A stretch of 64,000 bases of DNA from Candidatus Staskawiczbacteria bacterium RIFOXYB1_FULL_38_37 (GTDB lineage: Bacteria; Patescibacteriota; Minisyncoccia; Minisyncoccales; Staskawiczbacteraceae). The position numbers were made by a program, and so were the translations under genes. The notes under the pieces are model-generated. The model searched no databases, was not told the origin of the DNA, and worked only from the letters and a program-made list of their open reading frames with translations. Positions 17,799 to 27,033 of the stretch are shown here, piece by piece. Position 1 is the first letter of the stretch. Each line of letters starts with the position of its first letter. Location of the stretch: contig MHPK01000003.1 of the NCBI GenBank assembly GCA_001822075.1, forward strand, positions 9,437 through 73,436, in the 5' to 3' direction.

Positions 17799-18881
17799 CT
17801 AACGGGGTTCATTAACTAATTCTATTAATATTTTTTCTCGACGTTTTTTTTCAGCCCAGGGCACGTTATCTTTCATTTTTGATGCAGCGGTGCCAGCGCG
17901 AGGGGAGTATTTATTTACAAAAGCCATATCAAAGCCGATTTCTTTTAATGTTTTTACAGTGTTCTGGAATTGTTTTTTTGTTTCGCCGGGAAACCCGACA
18001 ATTATATCAGTTGAAAGAGAAATATCGGGAATTGCCTTTCTAATTTTTTTAACCAAGGCCTTATATTGCGCGACAGTATACGGCCGGTTCATTTTTTTTA
18101 AAATTTCATCGTCTCCCGATTGAATTGGCAGGTTTAATCTTTTTGACAGCTTTTTGCAATTTTTCATTGTTTTTATCAATTCATCTGAAAAATCCTTTGG
18201 ATGGCTTGTTATAAAACAAAGCTTAAAATCGCCGGGAATATTGTTTGCCATTTTTAAAAGTTTTGGAAAGTTAGTTTTGCCGTCTTTATAGCTGTTTACA
18301 TTTTGGCCTAAAAGCCATATCTCTTTGTAATTTTTTTTTGATAAAATTTTTATTTCAGAAATTATTTCTTTAGCCTGTCTTGAAACTTCTCTGCCCCTGG
18401 TGTAGGGGACAACGCAGTACGAGCAAAAATTGTTGCACCCTGTCATTATGGGAACTGCTGCTGAAAATTCATTTGAGTATTTTGGAGTTATATCTAAATA
18501 GTTGCTATGCGCAAAAATTACGTTATCGCGTAATTTTTGCGCTTGGCGCGTTGGGCTTATTTTTAAAATTTCCGGCAGTTTTTTAATATCTTTTATATCA
18601 ATAACATAGTCAAAACTGTTTATAAATTTTTTTCTGTCTTTTTCTAATATGCAGCCGGTCAGAATAGTTTTTATTTTAGGGTTTAGTTTTTTGAATTTTT
18701 GAACAAGTCCGTGCACCCGGTCAACGGCCGACTGCCTTACAGAGCACATTGTAACTGCAATTAAATTCGCTTCATTTATATTTGAAGTTTTTTTGAAATT
18801 TATGCCCTCTAAAACCCCTGCAATCCTTTCAGAGTCCGATACATTCATTTGGCATCCGAAAGTAATGATGTGGTATTTCAT
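17799..18881 (-). CDS. MiaB/RimO-family radical-SAM methylthiotransferase, apparently without TRAM domain
   Basis: UPF0004 N-domain (ITFGCQMN), CNNFCSYC radical-SAM cluster; ends right after the radical-SAM core; ATG 18881 used because the TTG 18917 extension lies in the upstream terminator. Confidence 0.85.
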   Translation of the reverse strand: MKYHIITFGCQMNVSDSERIAGVLEGINFKKTSNINEANLIAVTMCSVRQSAVDRVHGLVQKFKKLNPKIKTILTGCILEKDRKKFINSFDYVIDIKDIKKLPEILKISPTRQAQKLRDNVIFAHSNYLDITPKYSNEFSAAVPIMTGCNNFCSYCVVPYTRGREVSRQAKEIISEIKILSKKNYKEIWLLGQNVNSYKDGKTNFPKLLKMANNIPGDFKLCFITSHPKDFSDELIKTMKNCKKLSKRLNLPIQSGDDEILKKMNRPYTVAQYKALVKKIRKAIPDISLSTDIIVGFPGETKKQFQNTVKTLKEIGFDMAFVNKYSPRAGTAASKMKDNVPWAEKKRREKILIELVNEPR

Positions 18882-18896
18882 CTTGTCTATTATGCA

Positions 18897-18922
18897 ATAA
18901 AAAACAGCTTTTTTCAAGCTGT
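18897..18922 (-). terminator. intrinsic terminator of 18935..19726
   Basis: Minus strand ACAGCTT-GAAAA-AAGCTGT followed by TTTTT. Confidence 0.7.
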
Positions 18923-18934
18923 CTTTTGTTCAAA

Positions 18935-19726
18935 TTATTGAGAAAGATTTTCTGTCTCTACAGAATTGTTATTTTGGATTTTTTGTTGTATTTTCCGCTG
19001 GATTCTTTCTTGAATTTTATTTTTAACATTAGCCCTTATGCTTTCTATTTTTCCTTTTATGTCTTCTGGCATTTTTTCTTTTATCCTGTCTAAAATTTCA
19101 GAATTGATTTCATCTCCGTTTTGAAGGGCATTTTTTACCCTTTCTGCAATTTTCTCTTTGTTATTTTCAAGCTTTTGCATTACCTGGCCGAATCTCTCCA
19201 AATGCCTTTCTCTCGCCTCTTCAATTTTTTCAAAAACTTGTTCTGGAACTTGTCCTTCTAATTTTTGCAATATTTTTTCGTGCAACACCTGTTGGTTTGT
19301 AAATTTTTCTAAAAATTTGCTTACATCTTCATTTTCTGAAGCTTTTTCTTTTATTTTTTCTGCCCTTTCCTTTATTTTATCTACCGCATTTTGATATTTT
19401 TCTGTGGCTTTTTCTATTATTGCCGGGTCAGAAGAATTATCAATAATCTTTTTTAACTCCACTAATTTTTCATTAGTAAATTTATTTTCCAGCTCTAACT
19501 TTTTAACATTATTAAAAATAAAAGTCAGCCTGATTTGCCTGCCCCATTCCTTTAAAAAATAAAAGGGGCTGTCGGGCAGCAGGGTGGGGTCAGATACCCC
19601 GAGGTCTTCAGCTGATGCGTCTTGTGTCTCGGCTGCCGTATTTTCCTGGGCCAAGGCTGTAACAGCCGGCATTAAAACAAAAAACAATACATAAAATATC
19701 AATATAAATTTTGCTGTTTTTGTCAT
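18935..19726 (-). CDS. secreted coiled-coil protein (DUF5667-like)
   Basis: Signal peptide ...AVTALAQE; SPFYFLKEWGR motif; Lys/Glu-rich helical remainder. Confidence 0.6.
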   Translation of the reverse strand: MTKTAKFILIFYVLFFVLMPAVTALAQENTAAETQDASAEDLGVSDPTLLPDSPFYFLKEWGRQIRLTFIFNNVKKLELENKFTNEKLVELKKIIDNSSDPAIIEKATEKYQNAVDKIKERAEKIKEKASENEDVSKFLEKFTNQQVLHEKILQKLEGQVPEQVFEKIEEARERHLERFGQVMQKLENNKEKIAERVKNALQNGDEINSEILDRIKEKMPEDIKGKIESIRANVKNKIQERIQRKIQQKIQNNNSVETENLSQ

Positions 19727-19801
19727 TTTATTTGATTGTTTGCTTAAACATTTAAGTAAACAATTATTAATAATTTTGCTATATATTATATTCTACCATA
19801 T

Positions 19802-21421
19802 TTAACGTATTTCGTCTTTTCTTTCTTTTATAAAATACCTCCATTTTTCCAAAAATTCCACAAGAGCTGAAAAAGGCATGTCTATTAAAACGTTAAAAAA
19901 CGCAGCTACGGCGTTATATTTTTTCCATTTGTTGGAAATCCATTTGCCAAGCCCCTGTATTGGCAGAAAAAACACATCTGATAAAAAGCTCACAAAATCT
20001 TCTTTTTCTTCTTCTATGGTAAGCTCTTGGGCCCTTTTTGAAACAGTGGTTCCCGCAAACAATATTAATGCAATAAATATTATGTTTATAATAATTGAGC
20101 TCAAAGGAAACCCAAAATAATCAAATATAAAATATATAGCTCCAAAAGAAGCAAGAGTTGATAAAGCATATATAAAAGAAATTACCATTCTTGTAATAAC
20201 CCCCCGTTTTTTTTTGGCTTTTATCTCATATATGTCACGTTCCTTCTTTTTATAAACTATTTTCATAGTTTCCATTACGGCAATATTCAAGTTATTTTTT
20301 GAAGGCCTTTTTATAGTCGAGACAATTAAAAACATTAAAAGAGTGGGAACTAAAACATCAGCCATCAATGTTATAGGGCTTACATGGCCTATGAATATTT
20401 TTGCAAGCAAAATTTCTAAAATTACTAAAGAAAGTATTTTGGTGGCAAAAATTGATATTGTAGAATAAAAGGCTGCCCGCTGCATTCTTTGTTTTAAGGT
20501 GGACAGCCTTTTTGAATAAGCTGATTTGATAAGCGGCTCTAAAAAAGACGGATCTGATATTTCATTAAGTTTTTCTGATTCGATTTGCGAGAGAATATCT
20601 CCAAGCAAAAGGTAAGGAGTATCATATTTTTCGCAAATTGCATAAAATTTTGCGCCAAAATGGTTTGCAAGGTCTTTTTCTATGCCGCGCCAGATTTTAT
20701 ATATATTTTGGGATATTTTAAGCAAAAATTGCTCGTCAGTTTTTTTCCATTGAGGATATTTATATTTTATTAAATTGTAGCTTATTATCGGCTTGTCTAA
20801 TTTAAAAAGCGCCAATTGCACAGCAATATAAATTTGTACGTCAACGTTTTCTTTTTTTAAAAAATTTGTTTCATAAACTTTTTCTGAAACATTTATTCTT
20901 TTTTTCATTTTAGAAAACATATATTCAATCAAGGACATCTCTCTTATGGAGGGGCAGAGGGCTTCTTCAATTTCGCAAGAACAAACTTCTATTAGCCAAT
21001 TATAAAATTGCAGGCCTGCCCGGCCCGCCTTGTTTTCTGGGTTATTTTTTAATATAAAAATATACTTGTCTATTATGTTTTGGACTTCCTGTATTTTTGA
21101 TTCTTCAATTTTATCATTGGGAAAATGGCCTCCTCTTATAAACTCTAAAAGCAGGGATTCTGCTGTATCTTCGGTTTTTGTAAAATCATTGAGCTCTAAA
21201 TCCAAAAATTTTCTTTTCAGTTTTCTTATTATTGCGGCTCTCCTCATTAAATGCTCTTCTTTCCAGTCTACGATGGTTCTTATTTGTTCATAAAAAGCGG
21301 CCACTTTTTGAGCGACTTCATCAACGTGTATTCTGGGTGTGTTTGCAACCAACTGCTCTGTGAGCTTGGCTAATTTATACTGCTGTATCAATTTTTTTGT
21401 TGATTCTGATAATTCAGCCAT
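19802..21421 (-). CDS. hypothetical multi-pass membrane protein (539 aa)
   Basis: ORF track; soluble N-terminal half, several TM helices in the C-terminal half. Confidence 0.6.
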   Translation of the reverse strand: MAELSESTKKLIQQYKLAKLTEQLVANTPRIHVDEVAQKVAAFYEQIRTIVDWKEEHLMRRAAIIRKLKRKFLDLELNDFTKTEDTAESLLLEFIRGGHFPNDKIEESKIQEVQNIIDKYIFILKNNPENKAGRAGLQFYNWLIEVCSCEIEEALCPSIREMSLIEYMFSKMKKRINVSEKVYETNFLKKENVDVQIYIAVQLALFKLDKPIISYNLIKYKYPQWKKTDEQFLLKISQNIYKIWRGIEKDLANHFGAKFYAICEKYDTPYLLLGDILSQIESEKLNEISDPSFLEPLIKSAYSKRLSTLKQRMQRAAFYSTISIFATKILSLVILEILLAKIFIGHVSPITLMADVLVPTLLMFLIVSTIKRPSKNNLNIAVMETMKIVYKKKERDIYEIKAKKKRGVITRMVISFIYALSTLASFGAIYFIFDYFGFPLSSIIINIIFIALILFAGTTVSKRAQELTIEEEKEDFVSFLSDVFFLPIQGLGKWISNKWKKYNAVAAFFNVLIDMPFSALVEFLEKWRYFIKERKDEIR

Positions 21422-21430
21422 TTTTTAAAA

Positions 21431-23245
21431 TTACTTTTTTTCTTGGATTTCTTTTTTAATTTTTTCAATAAATTTTTCTAAAGGCATTTGACCATCGTCT
21501 CCTTTTCCGCGGGCTCTTACAGAAACAGCAGAAGCTGAAATTTCTTTATCGCCCAAAATCAAAAGATAGGGGATTTTTTGCATTTCAGCTTCCCTGATTT
21601 TTTTACCCAAAGTTTCATTTTCATCTCTTAACTCAACGCGCAAATTATTATCTTTTAATTTTTTAATAATTTCTTTGGCATAGTCTGCGTGCTTTTCAGA
21701 AATAGGTATTACAGAAACCTGAATGGGGGACAGCCACAAAGGAAACGCCCCTTCGTATTTTTCAATCAAAAATGCCATTGTTCTTTCAACAGCCCCTATT
21801 GAAGAGCGGTGTATCACGATTGCTTCTTTTTCTTTGCCGTCTGAATCTGTGTAAACTAAATTAAATCTTTTTGGACCCACAAAATCATATTGCACAGTAA
21901 AGGCTGTATCTTCTTTGCCAGAAAAATTTTTCATTTGGATATCTATTTTTGGCCCGTAAAAAGCAGCCTCATTTTCTGCCTCAAAAAACGGGGCGTTCTT
22001 TTCTTTCAAAACTTTTCTTAAGATATTTTCTGCAAAATCCCATGCCCTATCATCTTTGTAATATTTTTTTGAATCTCTTTTATCTCCCAAAGACAATCTG
22101 TATCTGTAATCAACTCCGGATTTTAATTCAAATATGCCGGCCATATCTTCTATTAATTTAAGAGCCAAGTTTATTTCTTTTTCTGCCTGGTCTTTTTGGC
22201 AAATTATGTGAGAGTCGGCAAGGCAAAAACATCTTACCCTTGCCAGGCCGGTCAGTTCTCCAGATTTTTCATACCTGTATTGTTTAGCTAATTCTGCAAT
22301 TCTAAATGGCAGTTCTCTGTAAGACCTTGGTTTTGCCAAATAAAGCTGGTAGTGGTGGGGGCAGGTCATAGGCCTTAAAATAAGTTCTTCTTCGTCAACT
22401 TTCATCACAGGATACATGGTGTCTTTATAATAAGGATAGTGGCCGGATTTTTTAAATAAATCAACTTTTGCCAAATCCGGAGTGCATACATGTTTGTATC
22501 CTCTTTTTATTTCTTCGTCAACAATCAATCTTTCCAGCTCTCTTCTTATGGCAGTGCCCTTTTCTGTATATAGGGGTAATCCTTTTCCAACAATATCAGA
22601 AAATATGAACAGGTCTAGTTTTTTTCCTAAAACTCTATGGTCGCGTTTTTCTGCCTCCTCCTGCATTTTTACATAATCTGAAAGCTCTTTTTCAGTTGTA
22701 AAAGCCAAACCATAAATGCGGGTTAACATTTTATTTTTTTCAGAGCTCTTCCAGTAAGCCCCTGCAATTCTTGTGAGCTTAAAAGCTTTTGGGTTTATTT
22801 CTGAAGTGTTTTTTACATGAGGCCCTTTGCACAAATCTGTAAAAGCTGGTGGGATGTCCGACATCCCACCACTGGTGGGATGTCGGACATCCTTTAAAAC
22901 TATCGTGGTTATGTAAACAGAAACATTTTTGCCGGGCAGTTCTTTTATCAGTTCTAATTTGTATGGCTGGTCTTTAAATAATTTTTTGGCCGCCAGTTTT
23001 GTGATATCTTTTTTGATAAATTTTTGGTCTTGTAAAATCAGCTCTTTCATGCGAGCTTCAACTTTTTTGATAAACTCGTCTTGTCCGCCTTCGCTAATGG
23101 CTTGGGCGGGTAATAAAAAGTCGTAGTAAAATCCGTTTTCAATTGCCGGGCCCATTCCTAATTTTGCTTTTGGGTGCAATTCAAGCACAGCTTGCGCCAT
23201 TATATGCGATAGGGAATGACGAATGTTTTCAATATTTTCTGCCAT
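21431..23245 (-). CDS. thrS: threonyl-tRNA synthetase (no TGS domain)
   Basis: Editing-domain start HSLSHIMAQAV, DLCKGPH, class II core and anticodon-binding domain. Confidence 0.95.
   Translation of the reverse strand: MAENIENIRHSLSHIMAQAVLELHPKAKLGMGPAIENGFYYDFLLPAQAISEGGQDEFIKKVEARMKELILQDQKFIKKDITKLAAKKLFKDQPYKLELIKELPGKNVSVYITTIVLKDVRHPTSGGMSDIPPAFTDLCKGPHVKNTSEINPKAFKLTRIAGAYWKSSEKNKMLTRIYGLAFTTEKELSDYVKMQEEAEKRDHRVLGKKLDLFIFSDIVGKGLPLYTEKGTAIRRELERLIVDEEIKRGYKHVCTPDLAKVDLFKKSGHYPYYKDTMYPVMKVDEEELILRPMTCPHHYQLYLAKPRSYRELPFRIAELAKQYRYEKSGELTGLARVRCFCLADSHIICQKDQAEKEINLALKLIEDMAGIFELKSGVDYRYRLSLGDKRDSKKYYKDDRAWDFAENILRKVLKEKNAPFFEAENEAAFYGPKIDIQMKNFSGKEDTAFTVQYDFVGPKRFNLVYTDSDGKEKEAIVIHRSSIGAVERTMAFLIEKYEGAFPLWLSPIQVSVIPISEKHADYAKEIIKKLKDNNLRVELRDENETLGKKIREAEMQKIPYLLILGDKEISASAVSVRARGKGDDGQMPLEKFIEKIKKEIQEKK
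22848..22892. repeat. GC-rich palindrome GGTGGGATGTCCGACATCCCACC plus a partial second copy, in frame in thrS
   Basis: Read directly; translates on the minus strand as HPTSGGMSDIPPA, inserted before the conserved FTDLCKGPH. Confidence 0.85.
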
Positions 23246-23308
23246 ATTTTTTTATATTTAATAAGTATATTTTCTAATATTACCACCTTTATCAGCAAGC
23301 TTAAAGAC

Positions 23309-23337
23309 TTGACAATGGTGTTGTAATATGCTATGAT
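23309..23337 (+). promoter_or_regulatory. sigma70-type promoter (TTGACA-17-TATGAT)
   Basis: TTGACA 23309-23314; TATGAT 23332-23337. Confidence 0.6.
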
Positions 23338-23403
23338 TAATATAGTACACCAAAGCTCGATCCGAGCTGAAACAAACTGGTCATTTGAATGGAGGATACG
23401 GTT

Positions 23404-23679
23404 GTGAAAAAGAAGCAGAAGAAGCAGACCGTTTTGGAACATGTTATCGAGGTGGTTGCCGAACAGCTCCATATCAAAAAAAGTGACATTGCCCCTGATG
23501 ATGACATTGTCTATGATATGGGTGCCGAGTCTATCGACGTAGTAGAGATTCCAATGTATCTTGAGGAGGATTTTGACATCGATATCTCCTCAGACGAGTT
23601 CGATGGTGCGAGGAAAGTTAATGCCCTTGCCGATTTGGTTCAGCGGAAGTTGGATGAAAAGGTTAAGAGTAAAAAATAA
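23404..23679 (+). CDS. acyl carrier protein-like
   Basis: DMGAESIDVVEI matches the ACP LGxDSLDxVEL helix-II motif (Ser retained); GTG 23404 follows GGAGGA by 7 nt (track ATG 23389 lies inside the SD). Confidence 0.65.
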   Translation: MKKKQKKQTVLEHVIEVVAEQLHIKKSDIAPDDDIVYDMGAESIDVVEIPMYLEEDFDIDISSDEFDGARKVNALADLVQRKLDEKVKSKK

Positions 23680-23707
23680 TAGTTGGGACTGAGCAGGCCT
23701 ACTGCTT

Positions 23708-23745
23708 CCCGATATGTCTTTATGACCTCTATCGGGCTTTTTTTG
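23708..23745 (+). terminator. intrinsic terminator
   Basis: CCCGATA ... TATCGGG followed by CTTTTTTT. Confidence 0.6.
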
Positions 23746-23754
23746 TATAAAAAC

Positions 23755-23785
23755 AACGGCTCAACCTGTTTAAGAATGAGCCGTT
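23755..23785 (-). terminator. intrinsic terminator of dnaE
   Basis: Minus strand AACGGCTCA ... TGAGCCGTT followed by GTTTTT. Confidence 0.6.
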
Positions 23786-23801
23786 AAAATTTGTTAGAAT
23801 T

Positions 23802-26800
23802 TTATGCCTCGCGAGGAATAAGTATTTCCTGGACGTCGTCGGCAACTATTTTAATTTCGCCGTTGCGGTCGTCAACACGGCCGGCAACAAATACAATTTT
23901 GTTTTCCTGCAAGGCAACAGGATTTCTTTCCAACAAATTCGGGAAAATCACAACTTCTGTTTTTCCTGTTAAATCTTCCAGCTTAATAAATAACATAGGC
24001 TGGCCCTTTTTAGTGATAATTTTTTTAACAGAAGAGATTAATCCCCCCACAATAATTTTTTTGTTTACAAAAGCGCCGTCAATTTTTGAAATAGCAGTTG
24101 TTTTTGTTTCAAAAAGTTTTTTAAAATCGTTTAAAGGGTGCGAACTTACATAAAGCCCAAGCAGTTCTTTTTCCCAGCCAAGTTTTTCAAAATTAGTGGC
24201 GGCAGGGGAGGGCTCAAGTTTTATATCGTGGTTAATTTCCACATTTGTGTTTGCAAAAAGCCCCATTTGGTTTGTATTTTGTTTTTTATTGTTTTCTCTG
24301 GCTATCTCAAGCATTTTTTCTAAATTTTGTAGAAGCTGGTTTCTTTCTGCAAACTGGTCAAAAGCTCCGGCTTTAATTAAAGCCTCCATTGATTTTTTAT
24401 TAAGGTCTTTTGTTTTTATTCTGTTTATAAAGTCGCCAATTGATTTAAAGGGCCCGTTAGCTTTTTTTTCTTCCACAACTGCGTCAATTATATTTACGCC
24501 GACATTTTTAACTGCCAAAAGCCCGAAACGTATTTGGCTTTTGCCTTCCACAACCGTAAAGTTTTTTAAAGACTCATTTATGTTTGGCGGCAAAACTTCA
24601 ACATTCATTTTTTGGCATTCATCAATTAGAAATGCAATTCTTTCAACGTCGGCTTTTTCTGAAGTTAAAACAGACGCCATAAATTCAATAGGATAATGGG
24701 CTTTTAAATAAGCTGTCTGGTAGGCAATGGTGGCATAGGCCGCTGAATGCGACTTGTTAAACCCGTACGATGCAAAAGGCAAAATCCATTGCCATAATTC
24801 TTCTGCCACTTTTTTTGACGCGCCGTTTTTGACAGCTCCTTCAACAAATTTATGCTCTTGGGCATCTAAAAGTTCTTTTATTTTTTTACCAACTGCTTTT
24901 CTTAAAACATCAGCTTCTCCTAAAGTAAACCCGCACACCTCCTGGGCAATTTTCATTAATTGCTCCTGGTAAATACAAATGCCCTGGGTTTCTTTTAAAA
25001 TGGGCTCTAATTTTGGATGCAAATATTCTATTTTTTGGCGGGCATGCTTTCTTTCAATATAATCTGGTATAAACTGCATAGGCCCCGGCCGGTATAAAGC
25101 CACCATGGCTGTGATGTCTTCAAAGGTTGTGGGGTGAAGTTCTTTTAAATATCTTTTCATTCCATCGCTTTCAAGTTGGAATATCGATGTTGTAATGGCG
25201 CTTTGCAAAAGCTCAAAAGTTTTAGGGTCGTCTTCTGGAATTTTGTCCATATCAATTTTTAAATTATTATGCAAAACATAAATGCGAGCCAACGTGTCTT
25301 CTATTATTGTAAGGTTTTTTAAACCCAAAAAATCCATTTTCAAAAGCCCCAAGTCTTCAATGCTGTGCATTTCATATTGGGAAATAATATTTCCGTCTTC
25401 TTGGGTTGGCCGCTGCAGAGGCACAGAATCGGTTAGGGGGTCGGCTGATATCACAACTCCGCAGGCGTGCGTTGAAGCGTGGCGGGCAACGCCCTCCAAT
25501 TTTTTTCCCAGGTCAATCAGCCTTTTTGCCTGCTCGTCTGTCTGGTATTTTTCTTTGAATTCATCTACTTTTTCAAGAGTTTCAGCCAGATCCATTCCGA
25601 AAGGTATCATTTTTGCCAGCTGGTCGCAGTAAGAATATGTGTATTGCAAAGCCCTGCCTACATCTCTTACAACAGCTCTGGCAGCCATTGTTCCAAAAGT
25701 TATAATTTGAGCCACATGGTCTTGGCCGTATTTTTCTGCCACATATTTTATTACCTCGTCCCTTCTTCTGTCTGCAAAATCCAAATCAATATCTGGCATA
25801 GAAATTCTTTCTGGATTTAAAAATCTTTCAAAAAGCAGATTGTGCTTTAAGGGGTCAACGTTGGTAATATTTGTTAAGTAGGCAACCAATGAGCCGCCAG
25901 CTGACCCTCGGCCAGGGCCCACAATAATTCTGTTTTGCTTTGCCCAGTTTACAAAGTCCTGAACAATTAAAAAGTATCCGGCAAATCCGGTTTTTTCTAT
26001 AATAGATAATTCGTAATTTAATCTTTTTAAAACTTCAGGAGGGGGGTTTTTATCATACCTTTTTTCAAGGCCATGCTGGCACAATTCTTCTAAATATTTT
26101 TCTGCTGTTTTGCCTTCGGGCAGCGGGAAAACCGGAAGTTTTGTTCTGCCCAGCTCAAAATTAAAATTGCAGGCATCTGCAATTTTTTGGGTGTTTTCAA
26201 CAGCCTCGGGAATTTCCTTAAAAAATTCCGCCATTTCTTCAGGGCTTTTCATTGAAAAATCATCTTGCGTCATAGTCAATCTTTCCGGGTCATTCAAGTC
26301 AGACCCCGTGTTTATCAGCATTAAAACATCTTGGGCTTCTGAGTCATCTTTTTTTAAATAATGAATGTCGTTTGTGCAAACCAGAGGAATGCCGGTTTTT
26401 TTTGAAAGCTCAATAAGCTTTTTATTTAAAACTGCCTGGTCTGGAATGCTGGCATGATGCTGGAGCTCTAAATAAAAATTTCCTTTGCCAAAAAAAGATT
26501 CATATTTTTTTGCCAAAGCTTCTGCTTCCTCGTTTCTGTTAGATAATAAAAGGCGGGGGATTTTGCCTTGCAAGCAGGCAGACATTCCAATTAATCCTTC
26601 TGCGTGTTTTTCTAAAAGCTCGTCGTCAATTCTGGGCTTGTAATAAAATCCGTCTAAATGCGCTTTTGTAACAAGCTGGACCAAATTTTTGTATCCTTTT
26701 TCATTTTTTGCAAGCAAAATTAAGTGGTATCTCGGGCTGTCAATTCCAGGCCTTTTGTCTGAGCGCTTCTCAAAAGCGCAATAAACCTCGCATCCGATTA

Positions 26801-26984
26801 TAGGCTTTATTTTTTTTGACTTTGCTTTTTTAAAAAATTCAACAGCCCCGTACATTACTCCGTGGTCGGTTATTGCCACAGAATCCATTCCCAATTCTTT
26901 CACGTAATCTAAAAGCTCGTCGATTTTTGGCAAACCATCAAGCAGGGAATAGTGCGAGTGAACATGTAAATGAGTAAACTTCAT
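23802..26984 (-). CDS. dnaE: DNA polymerase III alpha subunit
   Basis: N-terminal PHP domain HLHVHSHYSLLDG; full-length DnaE architecture with C-terminal OB fold. Confidence 0.95.
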   Translation of the reverse strand: MKFTHLHVHSHYSLLDGLPKIDELLDYVKELGMDSVAITDHGVMYGAVEFFKKAKSKKIKPIIGCEVYCAFEKRSDKRPGIDSPRYHLILLAKNEKGYKNLVQLVTKAHLDGFYYKPRIDDELLEKHAEGLIGMSACLQGKIPRLLLSNRNEEAEALAKKYESFFGKGNFYLELQHHASIPDQAVLNKKLIELSKKTGIPLVCTNDIHYLKKDDSEAQDVLMLINTGSDLNDPERLTMTQDDFSMKSPEEMAEFFKEIPEAVENTQKIADACNFNFELGRTKLPVFPLPEGKTAEKYLEELCQHGLEKRYDKNPPPEVLKRLNYELSIIEKTGFAGYFLIVQDFVNWAKQNRIIVGPGRGSAGGSLVAYLTNITNVDPLKHNLLFERFLNPERISMPDIDLDFADRRRDEVIKYVAEKYGQDHVAQIITFGTMAARAVVRDVGRALQYTYSYCDQLAKMIPFGMDLAETLEKVDEFKEKYQTDEQAKRLIDLGKKLEGVARHASTHACGVVISADPLTDSVPLQRPTQEDGNIISQYEMHSIEDLGLLKMDFLGLKNLTIIEDTLARIYVLHNNLKIDMDKIPEDDPKTFELLQSAITTSIFQLESDGMKRYLKELHPTTFEDITAMVALYRPGPMQFIPDYIERKHARQKIEYLHPKLEPILKETQGICIYQEQLMKIAQEVCGFTLGEADVLRKAVGKKIKELLDAQEHKFVEGAVKNGASKKVAEELWQWILPFASYGFNKSHSAAYATIAYQTAYLKAHYPIEFMASVLTSEKADVERIAFLIDECQKMNVEVLPPNINESLKNFTVVEGKSQIRFGLLAVKNVGVNIIDAVVEEKKANGPFKSIGDFINRIKTKDLNKKSMEALIKAGAFDQFAERNQLLQNLEKMLEIARENNKKQNTNQMGLFANTNVEINHDIKLEPSPAATNFEKLGWEKELLGLYVSSHPLNDFKKLFETKTTAISKIDGAFVNKKIIVGGLISSVKKIITKKGQPMLFIKLEDLTGKTEVVIFPNLLERNPVALQENKIVFVAGRVDDRNGEIKIVADDVQEILIPREA

Positions 26985-27033
26985 ATTTTTGTCTAATATA
27001 CCATTTTACCTTTTGTAATGCTAAAATCAAGTA

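Noticed and set aside
24138-26361. Multiple plus-strand ORFs of 60-166 aa inside dnaE
   Set aside because: They are antisense to a confidently identified 1060-aa DnaE, with Ser/Phe/Lys-rich shadow-ORF composition. The same applies to antisense ORFs inside thrS, miaB, the Rhs gene, the histidine kinase and others.
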